From positions 6,448,001-6,512,000 of the forward strand of contig CM022679.1 in assembly GCA_012295275.1 (NCBI GenBank): DNA of 64,000 nucleotides, given 5' to 3'. Positions within the stretch are counted from its first letter, which is position 1. Each line of letters starts with the position of its first letter. A program made the translations under genes and the position numbers. The DNA comes from Chrysomallon squamiferum (lineage: Eukaryota > Animalia > Mollusca). Below, piece by piece: positions 27,601 to 41,800 of the stretch. The notes beneath the pieces were generated by a model. The model was not told the DNA's origin. It saw nothing but the letters and a program-made list of their open reading frames with translations, and made no database searches.

Positions 27601-30600
27601 CATAGTCAATGTTCAACTTGGGTTGTGGTTCTGGCATCACTTCAGGCTCAATCCGAGTGGCATAAGTCTGTGATTCTGGTTCATCTCGCTCCAAGTGAGT
27701 TGAATATATTGACTCCTTAGGGATATCTTTCTCAATTTTTGTAGAATAAATCCCCGATTCTCTTAATTCTGAGGCCTTGATTTCTTTGCTCTTCTGTGTT
27801 ATTGTGGTTTGTGTTTCAATGACAGCAAATTTCTTTGGTGGTGGTCGGTTTGGCAATGGTGGTGGGACTGGCACTGGTGCATCTGTTTGTATAGGTTACA
27901 TCATTTTTAATATGACAACACATTATTTGATTTAATATAGTAGAAAAAAATAGGAAAAGCAAACTAAAGAATCATCTCACACTTAATGTTTGAATTACAT
28001 ACAAAATACTATATAAAGTAGTTTATTATTGAGTATTATAAACAGTTTAAAACAGGTCCAGAGACTGTATTTTCAAGAAATAGTATCTGGACATTAAAAA
28101 AAATCAACAGCAGAAATTATTAAAAAATATATTGTCTACCTCAATTTGAAACTAACAAATAATAGATATGGCTCAATTTAATTAATGTACCTATATATCT
28201 GCAGATGTTAATGCTGTATTTAAAATATATCATACCAGTTTCAATTTTTGTAGCATACTCTGGGGATCTTGCTCTTTTCAATGTATCTGTGGTCTGTTGT
28301 GCTGTTTCCACCATTCTTTCTACTTTTTCTTCTGGTTTTGTTTCTGCTTTGGAACCTCCTCCCAGTTTCATTTCCAGCAAACGCATTGTATTCACATGAT
28401 CAGCTGTTTCAACTAAAGATTTTGATCTTTTATTTTTTTGTGGTCCCTAAAAGCAGAAAGAAAAACTCTAAATGTAGAACATATTCTGATATTCATTTAC
28501 AATTTAGTATTTATTATTTTTGTGAAAATTCCTAAATTTGAATCTGAAAAGCCAACAAAATGTTTGAGAATTTTTTACTTAATTCATCTCTAGCTGCCAC
28601 ATTTTATACCTTCATATTCATATGTTTCATTCAGTTTAAAATTTACAATTTGTTAACTCTCTGACATGAGATAAAAACTAAAAGAAATAAAAATTCCTGG
28701 ACATTTCAGTCAGGATTGGAAGAAAAAGTTGTCATTTTTTATTTACTTCAAATATACTTAAATGAGTTAAAGGACTTTTTTTTAGAAATGTGTTTTTTTT
28801 TAACAAAATTTAAAATATGAAGATATCATAGTAATTTACAATAATGTATTTTTAACCTCTTCATTCTTTTTCAGTATTGATTTGGGCCGCAGTTCTGGTT
28901 CTTTTGCTGGTTCTGGACGACTCCATTTCTTCTTTCCCATCATTCTGTTGTTGAGATTTCGGGCCACCTGTTCATCAATCTCCAGCTTTCCCACCTCAAC
29001 ATCTTTCTTTTCCTCTTGCTGAACTGGTGGAGGCCAAACCACCCTCCCCACCCTCACTGTTCTAGCACGCCCAGTTTTATCAGTGATGGTGAAGGATCCT
29101 GACTGATCTCTACTGATAGTTGACGCAGGGGGAGGAGGGGGAGGAGGTGGAGGAACTGGAGGGGTCTTCAGCTGAGAATGAAGACGAGGTGATTCGACAT
29201 TTGTTTCTGGTGGTGATGGAGGTGGTGTTGGTGGTGAAGTCAGAGTTCTGACAGGTTTGCTTGTCTGGTCTTCAGAATGTGCTGGGAATTTGATTGTTGT
29301 GATGGTGCCTCCTTGATCCTGTGAACCAATCTGAAAGGAGGAGCTGGATTCAGTACTGACTGACTGAACTGCAGGAACATGGTTCACGTGGTTTACAACT
29401 ATATTACTAGCAGGTGCCCTCTTTTCAAAATTGGACTTGATGAAGGAAACCTTTTTGGGTGCAATGTCAGGGGCAACCACTGGTTTAGCACCAGACTGCA
29501 CAATAATCTTTGGTGCACTGACAGGAGCTGCTACTTCTGAAGGGAAGCCCACATTTGATGAGAAACTGGCATCAGGACTGATAATGCTTGCAGCAGTTAC
29601 CACGGCAGGGACAATGGTAGGCACAACAGCTGGCTGAGATTTCATCTGTTGCAGTTGCTGTCGAAGAATTTCTTGCTCTATGGATTGTTTCAGCAGTTGA
29701 TTTTGAAGCTCCTGTTGCTGAAGAGCAGCTTTCAGAATGGCTGTTTGCTGATTTTGATTTTGGGTATTTTGTTGCTGTTGCAAGGCTGCTTGAATTACAG
29801 CTGCTTGCTGCTGTTGTTGTTGCTGCTGTGCTTGCTAAAAGATAAACAAAATATTATTTTCTTAAATCACTTCCAAAAATGGCCAAAAATAATGTACTTA
29901 AATCATATAAAAAAGAAAGAAAAAGAAACCTCCAAAACAAGACAAAAAACATTCTATAAAAAATAAAAATAAAATAAAACCTTTTAATAGATTCCTGTCA
30001 CTAGATTTATGCAAAAATTTAGAGAAACATAATACATTTTCAGTCATTATTCATAAGGTGTATTAAATTATTCTTTTCATTTCAAAAATATTTCATTTTG
30101 TATTTTTGAACATTATGAAAATAATTTATAAATAATTTGCATTAAATACAACAGCTGTTTTCTGTAATATTCTGTAATGTAATACAGAACTCACAACATA
30201 GGCTTGAAGGACAGCTTGCTGCTGCTGTACTTGCTGCTGTTGCTGAACTTGTTGCTGCTGTGCCAGCTGCTGAGCTACCAACTGTTGAACTGGGTCTGCA
30301 GATAATAAACATGATCATGTCCAATTATATATTAACACTATTTTTTAAAACTATGTTACAGTAATTAAAGAAAAACAAAATGACTATTAAATAATTAAAA
30401 TAAAAAGTAATAAAACAGTTAAATAAGAAAAATAAACATATTTTTACATTAAGCAATTTAACCCTTTAAATTAAGAAAATGTCCATGCTTAAAAAAAAAA
30501 AAAAAAATCCTCCAGATTATTCTCTTTGACATTTCTATTACTATAGTACTGTATACAAAAAAAAAAAAATCAAATAATAATAATCAAGAGCAGAGTTTAC

Positions 30601-33197
30601 ATATATTAGACAAACAGATCAACAAAAATAAATGTACCAGCTGCTGGCAGAATTAAACTGGGTGTGGTCAAGGGTGTTTGGGTAAGTCCAACTCCAAGGG
30701 GTACAGTTGGAATTGTAGCCTGTGATTGGAAAAGAAATCATTTTGAAACAAGTTTTGTTGGCTAAAGGTTTATTAATTTTGCATACATGTGAAAATTGAA
30801 AAACAATAAATAATAATAATAATAAAAATTAAACATCATGTAATTCTAAAAGGTGAACTCAGTGAATATAAGATTTGTAACAAGAATTTCAAGAATCTAA
30901 CTTATTTTTAAATAAAAACAATTCAAAATATTTTATGCTGAAATTATAATTCATTTTTTATAATTACAGACATATTGAAAGATGGGACTTTTTTTCACCT
31001 GAGGAGTCTGTAAGCCAGGAACACCTTTTCCACCACCTTTAATCCTTTGTTCTAGTGACCTGCCATCACTGAGGTCATCATGTTCATTGAGTGCATTGCT
31101 AAACACATCCTCCACCCAGTGAGACCAATCAGAATTGGCACCTGAGACATCTGATGCCACTGACATTCGATCTCTTTTGTCCTTTCTTGATATTGCATAT
31201 TCTGCAGTTCCTGGTTTTATCTTGCCAAGTGCTGGTTTTGCAGCAGATTTAACATAACGAGAGTTCAGTTTAGTAGGTGACAATTCTCCATTTATTTCAC
31301 TGTTAGCAACAATACCATTTGTAAAATATCTCAGATTAATCTTGTTGTTAGATAAATCATGAAGTGCAGACTCAGTCTCCTGAAGTGTTGTAATGTTACC
31401 ATTGGTTACAACACCATTTGTAACACCATTGGCTACTGGTGGTGTAGGTGCTCGTCGTTTGTTGTATCTGACATTCAGTTTGGTATCTGACAATCCAATG
31501 ATGATATCAGTGGGTCGCTGGTTGAGAACACTGGTCATAGAAAATCTGAGAGTTTCATCAAGTTCATTTTTGACAACATTTTTTCGAATCTGTGAATTTT
31601 TTCTTTCATCCCCTCTGGCTTGGGCTTGGTCATAAATATTTATTAGTTCGTCATCCAAACCACTGTTCTGTCTGTAAAAATCTGAAGGTTTTCCAGAATA
31701 AATTGGCTCTTTTCGTGTTGCCCTAGGCAAACTGCCAACAACAACCATGATACGTTCCTTGTCTGGGTTGTGTGGACTGAAATATAAAAAGAATCACAAT
31801 CACAACAATGAACAATATTGTTGTGTCTACCTGTATGTATTATGTTTATTTGGCATGCCTATGAATTTATACATCCTCTACAGCATTTATTAAGCATAAT
31901 CTTCAGAACTCAGTCAATCACAGTTTATTATCAGTCAGAAATCTGAGTGATAATCTATAAAACTAGATTAATATTTACAAATTTAAAGACTGCAGTCAAT
32001 ACAAATTTATAATTATTCACCAATCTGTTTGTGTATGTCGATGGCGACTGATTCTTTCTTGACTTTTGTCACATGACACCAAAAAGAAAGCTTTGCATGT
32101 TGGGAAGCCTGGAACTATTTCCATCTCACTTATAAGGTCAAGGACATAGTCATATCCCATCAATTCATAGTAGTCAAGATCTTCTTTGAGTACCACTGTC
32201 CAGCCATGGGCATTTTCAGACAAACCTCTGTGAAAATAATTAAAAAATAATAAAAATTATAAAATAATAGTAATGACTTTTATAACAAATTATTCCAAAT
32301 AAAATAAAAACTTAAGAAATTAAACCTTAGTAAGGCAGATAAATTTCATTTTTAAAATGTCAGAGAGCAGGTTGAAAATTAATAATAATTAAGATATAAT
32401 TGTACACCAAAACTAATGTTAAATATATTATGTGCACATGAATTTTGTTAATTTAAATTATCTTCACATACACACTTTACACACCCCAAAACTAAATTCA
32501 GAGATACAAACCTTGATTTGAGAAGCTGAGAGGTAAACAGTTCTCCTGATGTCCAAGATTCAACATGCCCAATAAAGTTATGATCTGAGACACATTCAAA
32601 ACAAAAAACAAAATTAATGTTCAATTAACAAATATCTGTTTACAGTGTATCCTTGATAGTTTTATTTACCTAATAACCAGTCTTTGCTAATAATAAAGTA
32701 TGATTTTAAAAAAAGGTTTCCTGAGAAAGAATGGAGACTGACTCATTCCCTTTTACAATGTCAGTATTTACAGAGAACTATTAAATAATCTCTGTTTGAA
32801 ACATAAGAAAGAACGAAGGTCAAAAAGTGGTTTGATTGATAAAAAGAATTAAGAAATTAAGTTAAAGGAGAGATTATGTTTTGAGTTCTTACCATCAGGA
32901 AATTTGACTTCCAGTCCCATGCTGGCCTTTCTTTGATTTGCAACCCATTCTAACAGGCAGGGAGGATAAATTCTGCACAGTTGTGGTTCTATGTTAGCGC
33001 TCTGTAGAACTTTGTGCTGGCAAATGATTTTAAAGGCATTCAAACCTACATCAGACACATATCTGAAAAACAATTATTTTAATATTTTATAATCACATAT
33101 ATATTCATAATGTTTTGCAAAAATATGAAAATTAAGATTTCATGATTATTTTCAGAAATACATCTATCTATCTATCTATCTATCTATCTGTCTATCT

Positions 33198-33258
<61 letters not shown>

Positions 33259-34208
33259 AAAAAATGTATATATCAAAACAAAACCTAAACCTAAAATATT
33301 AATACATATTTATATTACCCAGTTTAATATGCGAATTATTCTACACAGAGAAAATGTCAAACTCACTTGAGAAGGTATTTGAAGAGAGTTGGACTTGCAG
33401 CAAAGCAGCTGAGACAGCAGGCCAAGAGAAGCCAGGCCCGCTCTGCATTCACCAGGTTTTGATTCTTCCACGTTTGGTTAACAAGCTGACACAGGATTTC
33501 ATCCCTCAGTCCTTCATGCTGCAATCCCTGTTTGAAAACAGTATTAAAATATTAGATTTTTAAACATGAAGTAATAAGGGTTTTGAAATCTAGCTTTGAA
33601 ATATCAATTTCAATATGCCTAGATTGTTTTGTTGTAATTAGTTTTTAATAGTAGTTATTATAGTAGTATAACATACTTAGTGCAGTTATATACTTATTTA
33701 TTAACATTTTCATTATCATTATCATTAAATACAATAATACTAATAATTTTTTAAAAGATAAGTGACTACATAGATTGTTTTAATCCATATGTAACTTTGT
33801 GTACTCTTCACTGGTATTTTGTACCTTTCTGGCCAATAAATTGCTATGTATAAAACTTTTGTTTTTGGTATTGGCTTTTTTATTCACATATTTTAAAACT
33901 AATGCAGCTTAGAGGAAAGATGAAATAATAATAGTTACCATTTGAACAATGTAGTCAGCCAAAACCTTTAGTCGTTTTTCACTCATATTTTGATCCATCA
34001 TGAAACGCAGTATCTGACAAACACAGAACAAAAAATGTTATTTATTTATACTTTCATGCTTTAAAAATACTAACTGCATATATAGAATTGTTTCTTTCTT
34101 TAAAGATAACTAAATTTGATTTGTAACTGATTTATTATGAAAAATATAAAGTTCTTGCAAAATGCTTTATTCAGATTATTTTTAAAATGTTTTATTGATG
34201 ATAAATAA

Positions 34209-34240
<32 letters not shown>

Positions 34241-34441
34241 GTTTGCAGAACGATTGTAAAAATATCATCCAGATCTATAAGGATATGCATTTTCATATGA
34301 AAATGTATGCACAGTCATATAAAAATAACAACTATACAATCTTACCAGTTTGAAAGTGGAGATGGATCTATGAGTGAGTTCTTCTCCTTGTACAGATGTA
34401 AGAGGTGATCTGATTGGCTCAGCCTGAAATCCCCATGTTGG

Positions 34442-34485
<44 letters not shown>

Positions 34486-35801
34486 ATAAAAATAAGAATT
34501 ACTTCAATATCAAACTTATTCAACATTTAAAATACTTTTATATTTTATATTTTAAGAATATATTTAGCCTCTATCCAAAAATCCAGCAAATCCAGAAATC
34601 TAGACACCTCCAGTCCCAGATAAAGGGTTCACTACCTGTACATGAAATATTGTAAAGAGCTTTCCTTTTATTATTATTATGCACAATCCACAACTATGTA
34701 TTTTAAAGAAAGAAATCATTTCCTTGTTATTGTTATTATAAAAATTTCAGTCCATATAGTATCTTGCTAAAACATTTTAATGGCATTTACTAATTTAATA
34801 TTGCTATCATATATGATAGTAAATTGTGATTTTTAATCAATTTCATTGTCTGTCAATTACCTTGAAATAAACACTGGTGTACTTGCTAAATGCATGAGAG
34901 TTGATGTCAATGGGTAGTCTGTAGTCCATGTCAATAGGTCGCAGGTCACTGCTCACAGCAATTACTTGATCTGTAGAGTTAATCAGTCGGTACTCTGAAA
35001 CCCAAAAGGTTAAAGTTGTTTACATTTTCAAAGATTTTCTGTGTTACTAAAACGTATAGATTTAAAAAAAAAAAAAAAAAAAAAAAATTTGGGATTTATG
35101 TGTGTATGTGCACATTTGTCTTTTCGTATATTAAGTTATTTTCATTTGATCAGTTATTAGATGATCAGAATAAAACTGATCTGACAGGAATAAAACATCT
35201 TTTATGCCTTCATATCAACAAGAATGCACAAGCCGTGGTAATTTGGTAAATCAGCTATAAATACTGGCTGGAATAGGACATGGGCTGTCAATACATAAAT
35301 CAGAACAGCTAAAAAGTACATGTTGTCAGCAGTTTTTCACATTACACTAAAATCAGAAACTAATTACTTACAGTGTTAATGTTTTCAGTGAAAGAATATA
35401 TGTTGTTTGATGCTATTTCAACAGAATTATATATATATGTTTTTCATTTTATATTTAACATGATTAAATTTAAGACCTATGACTTAGTACAGTTTGAAAA
35501 ACAAAATCCAATGTCACAACACCTTGGGTTTTTCTTAGAAGTTAATAGCTGGGGACTGGAAACATACAGTAAACTTTAATACAAGGAACACAGGTTTCAG
35601 GTGGGCAGGGGTACACAGGGTTAGATCCTTTGACCAATCAAACATAACATATACACTGTACCACTGAGAAACAGATTAAATAATATGCACTTTATGTATA
35701 AATACCACCACTGTAAAATTTAATACCAGGGTGATTGTAGTTTTGCTGTTATGTACAGTGAATTTTGAAATTTAAAAGCAAATAAATAAAGAAAGAAATG
35801 C

Positions 35802-35839
<38 letters not shown>

Positions 35840-38800
35840 TTTGCACCATATAGGTGTTCTAAATGATATACAAAATTATTTAAATGTTTTAGAATGCTGA
35901 TCACTAACCATCTAGTTTGTTGTATATGAAAGCCAGTTCTCCAGGAATTTCCAGATTGGCCACACTGGCAGCTTCTCTGGCTGCTTTCTCCTGCAAATAA
36001 ATAAATAAATATGTATAAAATAAATTGGTATATGCTTGTATGTACATATGTAAGGTGAGGATTGTGAGTGTGTATTCTTTCTGATTATATTAATTTTTAT
36101 GTTTGTATATATGTGTGTGTGTGTGTGTTTATGTATGTAATGAGAGAGAGTCAGTGTATACAGGCTTACAGTTTTAAGAACAAGACTATTAATTTTTAAA
36201 CAAATTGATCAAACCATGAATATGATAAGTATGTAACTGCACTAGGTATATTATATTATTATAATAACTACTATTAAAAACTAATTACAATAAAATCAAA
36301 ATATATATATATATTTCAAAGCTAGATTTCAAAACCCTTCTTACTTTATTTTCAAAAATCTGAACAACATAAAAAAGTAAGAATTTCCCTTCCATTAATT
36401 GGAAGCATTAATCAAGCACTAAGAATTAATTTTATTTATTTACTTATATAATTATTAACAAGTTTTAATAAAAGTGTTTTTATATTTAACATTAAAAATA
36501 TTACAACTCACTCTTTGTTCTCTCTCCATTTTTTCACGTTCTTCCTGTTTTCGTCTAGCTAATTTCTCAGCCTCAATTTGCTGCCGCATTTCTTCTCTTG
36601 CCTGCAAAGTAGTTTAAATAATGTAATGTAATATTCATAAAGCCTGATTAATTCTGTTTTCTTTTAAAAACATTCATAATAATAATAATAATAGATAAAA
36701 CAAACAAACAAATATAACACCACTGACTCAGAAATGGTCTAAGAACTGGATTTTAAAGTAAAACCTTTCTTAAAGAAAATTTAATTTAGTTTATTTATGC
36801 TAATGCAGATGCATTAGATGCAAAGGCCTAAATATATTTATACTATTCTTATTATATTTAATATAGATGTATACATATTGTTTAAAATACATTCAGTATA
36901 TTTACACATGTTAAATAATAATAATAAATAGATGGCAACACTTACAACCAGAAATCTGCGCCGCTGCATTCGCATGCGATGTTGAGCCTGAAGCAAGATG
37001 ATGCCATGACGAAGTACTTGAAACTGCCGTCTGTAACAATCAAAGACAAAATATATTTCTTCGCTGAGAAAATACACAACACATAGAGTACATTATCAAA
37101 GAAAGAGGACAAAAATCCAAAAAGCCCCAGGCAAGACAATCTAGTCAAACCAGACATTATAGGGAAAACATTCTAGGCTGCTGTTATTTAGAAAACAAAT
37201 CCTCATAAACATTCTTTCAAATTACTGAGATACTGTAATAGACATAAACAGTATTAAACACAGATATACATACACATAGACATATACACACAGACACATG
37301 TACATATGTGCATTGTTTTAAATATTAAATATACACACATTCATACCAAGAACTTATTTACCCAGTTGTGTGACTTGATAGAATGTGAAAGATAACCATC
37401 AGAGAGATATATTTGTTTTGACATATGAAAGCTAATTTACATTACAGATTCAAGTGCAAAAAGATAAACCAAGTAAGTGGTTCCTTGATAAAAGTTCTAT
37501 TCCTACTAATAAAAATAAAAGGAATCATAAGCCTAGAAATTCTTAATTATTTAAGTAAATATCATATACATTGGTAAAATTGTCTTTGTTGAAAGGTGTC
37601 TGGATAACAGTTGCATATTAATGTTATTTTATTGAAAGGTGCCAGTTAATTATAGTTATTTCATCTACTGATTTGATATTAAATGATAATGAGATGTCAA
37701 AAAGTAGGTGCATATTAACAAAGATGAATTATTTACACATTTCAGAAATAATGTAACATGCAACTAAATAAAAACAGGGATAATTATGACTCATTTCTTG
37801 TTTTGTAATGTGTTAAATCAAATAACAGCTCTATGATATGGATACTGTGTTAAACAGAGGTCACAATGTGTGTGTATATATAATATTGTTTTTGTTTTTA
37901 ATTTATAATATTTTTTAGATGAAACTGTAATTGAACAATTGCTTAACAACATCTAATCATACGTAATATTAACAGTTATCTTGTGCAAGAAATACCCTGT
38001 AAAAATCATATGAAATATGAAATCCACAGCCATCCATCACTCAATGGGCAGTTCTTATCAGCTAGCAGTAAAAAGGTCTTTATATGCACCTTCCCCCAGC
38101 TAGGAATACAATTCACTGGCTTTTCTTAAACAACTCACAGTGAGATGAGATGAGATGAGAAATGGCAAACAGGCAGCCTGAGGACTGACCCTCTGACCCA
38201 CAAAGACAAATGTGTCATTTAGAAATGTCTTACAATTATGTGTGAAGCATCATTTCAAACAATGAACTCAGTCAACAATTTTTTATATTTTTTATATTAA
38301 TTCTTTAACTATGAACACATACATCAGGACAAATATTACTGTAGAAGTTAAAGGATTTAAAAATGAAACAATGTACAGTTTTCTCATGGTCCTTTCTGTT
38401 TAGAGGGTAGTAAGAGAAGTAATGTTGTAAGAGAAGTACTTATAAAACTTTAACAGTTCACTCCATTTATTCAATGTCATTGTAGACTATGAATGCATAT
38501 GTAATACCAGATAACATACTGTGGTTTAATTTGTTTCTTAGTTTGATATTTTTTTCATTATACCAATAATAAACAGATTAAATAGATTAAAAACAAACAA
38601 ACAAAAAATACAAAAAAAAAAAAACCCACCTGATTCAAACACACCACACTAATAAAGATATACACAATAAAACAGAAACAAGATAAATTACAAAAATAAA
38701 AAATGTCTAACTACATACATTTTTAATAGTGTAGTCTTATATTTTGTGACAAACACACACACTTCATTTAATAAGATTTAAAAAGATATTTCAAAGTGTC

Positions 38801-41800
38801 TTTGTATTTTACTCCCTTGAAAACATCTTTTTTTTCTTCCTCTTTTATCCTTGACTTTTTTTACTTGATACATATTATAAATAGATTACCAAGTTTTTTT
38901 CAAAATTTCTTTTGACTGTTATGTTAGAATACAAGCTAAACCTTCAAAACATACAAAGCTGTGTGTATTATAATAAATTGTATGTGTTAATAGTAGCACA
39001 TAATAATAGCCCTTTGCTACCTTTAAGAAACACTCATACACACTTTTATACATGCATTCAGACATACACATAAATATATTCACACACACACACATACACT
39101 TGCACAAAACATAAACTTATAGAAGCACAGATAAACACAGATAAACTGTTAGAAGCATATCAATTTTCTATGTCAAACAGTTATTACCAGGCAACACTAA
39201 ATAATAAACTTTACATGAATCATTTCAGTACAATTCAAAATATGTGTTAATGAAAACCTATACCAACATTCACATGTGTGGCTCTTAAGCAAAGTAAACC
39301 AAATAAAATAACGAGATTTTCTAAAATTGTTAAATTAATGAAGTTACAGGCCAAGTGCTTAAACATAAAATTTATTTGATGTTTGTGGTATGAAGTTTTA
39401 AACCGATGGTTTCAGGGCAACAATCTAAACAGGCATTAAAGAAAATTTATTTGCAGTTTCACCCATCTTTCACTGTTTTATAGAATGAAAGTGATTTGTA
39501 AAGACTGAAACAGCAAGGTACACCTTTATTAAACCATAGCAAGGGTTTAAATCCTAAATCTTGATGCAAAATAAAATGTAGACTGTGACATAAAGTAATG
39601 GTGTTTAAAATACAGTAAAAATGTAATGAAGAGATACAAGATAAATAAATACATTATGAGGGTTTGGTATTTAAGCTGTGTTATTATTACTATAGGCTAC
39701 AAGGCTAAACCTTGATATTTCTTATTAAGATATTATGTAATTAAATTAAATTTCAAGGTCACAGACTAGAATCATATTTTATGTGTATTTTAAGTAGAGA
39801 TATAAAACAGGGTTAGACAGTGATATCTTATGAAAACTAATTAGTGAATATATTTTTTATTAATCTGTATAATGTAATCCAAGCAATGAAAAGCCAATAT
39901 ACTTGAACTTTGTAAATTATATAAACATCAACCAATAAAAAGTAATAAAGTGCATACTTAATCAAATTAGTGTGTTTAGATAAATAATTAAACTCCATGT
40001 TTTAATCTTTATTCTTGTTTTCTTGTTTTTCAAAGGTACTAAGTTAAATCTTACAATATTTAATACTTCAAGGCTACATTATATTTAATTTAATTTCAGA
40101 AAATAACAAATAATTGTAATGAAAATCAATAAAATCAATAATTTATTATTATTTTATTTTTTGAAAAAGGTTTATATAAATGCAAATTGACTTCAGTGAA
40201 TTTTACTAACATATTTAACTATTAAGTAATTTGTGAACTCAATACAGATGTAATAAACAGATACATACATTTAATAATGTATTCAGATGTTGTCTTAGTC
40301 TTCTAAAGCTGGAAGCCTCCAGGCATAATATCCACCCAAAATAATTTAGCTTTACAAAGTTAACCACAGGGTAAATTCAGATAACAGAACAGACATACTA
40401 AAACTAACTTATAATATGTGCAGGTAGAAATACTATTGAGAGCAACTGAGGTAGCAAGCAAGACACAAAAGCTCAGCATACAAGTGTGATATATAATAGT
40501 GGCATATAAAGTTTCATATTTTCTGATGCATATAGTATGTTACTTCCTAGTTGAGCAAGTTGAAATATAAACAAGTTCATACTATTGACACCTTTAGCCA
40601 TTCAACAGTACTCATTTCATAAGTTTATAAATTACTGGCTTATTATCAAGATGAGTAACTTAAAATTGTTAGCTAGCTTTTGCATAAAAATTAAGAAAAT
40701 ACATACATTTTTTTTTACTTAGTTGGTTGTAATGTGTTTGTATAGAGGAAGATAAATTGCAAGAGTAGGTTCAGACTGTGTGGAATGCAAATGAGTTTCA
40801 TCTTCTCTTGAAATCTGGGTACCTTAATCATTGGCTGTTACATGTAACATATTTGTTACAGCTGTTCAGCATCAGTGAAGAAAATGGTGGATATTAGATG
40901 GCAGTTAATTATAGTAGTGCATATTTTACTAAAAGTTTAGGCATATTCCAATTAAAAGTATGTCTGCTTTTCTTGCACATGTACCAATCACAAAAACTAA
41001 ACTTACATAATGAAGGATTTTCTCATTTTAACTAGGCTTTGTATATTTTTTATATGTTTTTTAATAGGATTTTCTCATTTTAACTAGGCTTTGTATATTT
41101 TTTATATGTTTTTTAATATTAAGTCTTTATAACATAATTTAATTATGATCTAAAATTGGATGACATTATTTTAATAGTATGACTTGAAATAAGACTTATT
41201 TGGTGTACATTTCAACCGAGAGACCCTTGAAAATACCTCTCAACCAAAATCAGTATACACAATATATGCAGTTATAATTATTACATGATTAGCAAAACAA
41301 AAGAATTACGTGATTATCATTGTTCAAAACAGATTTGGCTTACACAACAGATTAATCTAAATAATATTTTTATTTTTACCTTTCAGTCTGTAATTATAAT
41401 TTCATGGTTGATATATTTAAGAGAAAACTCTGGCAAGCCAAACCAGTTTAACTAAAGATTGATGATCTGATGTGACATTTATACGTGTCCTCGTCCTGTA
41501 GGTTAAGTTTATTCATGAATTAGAAAAATCCTGCATGTAATACTAGAGCTATGCTACAACAAGATATTGAGATTGGAATTTTTGTTTTAGCTTGGGACTC
41601 AGATAGGGTGGATGCATTTAGCAGAGATACTCAGAATACTGGGTTATTGGGTTTTCATATCGTGACTGTTTGCACAATAAACAAAGTACTGAAATAGCAA
41701 AACAAAAAATGTAATAGTAAAGTACAGTAACTTGATGACTTTTCTATTCGTCATGTTTCCATAACTGTTTTTGTTGTTGTGGACACTCCTAAAATTCTGG

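Noticed and set aside
29431-31635. Plus-strand ORFs 29431..29637, 29649..29966, 31393..31635
   Set aside because: Antisense shadows of long myosin exons with no independent gene structure.
34565-34640. Possible Tigger/pogo-like MITE end (ataaagggttcactacctgta)
   Set aside because: Only one degenerate end is recognisable and no matching TIR was found.
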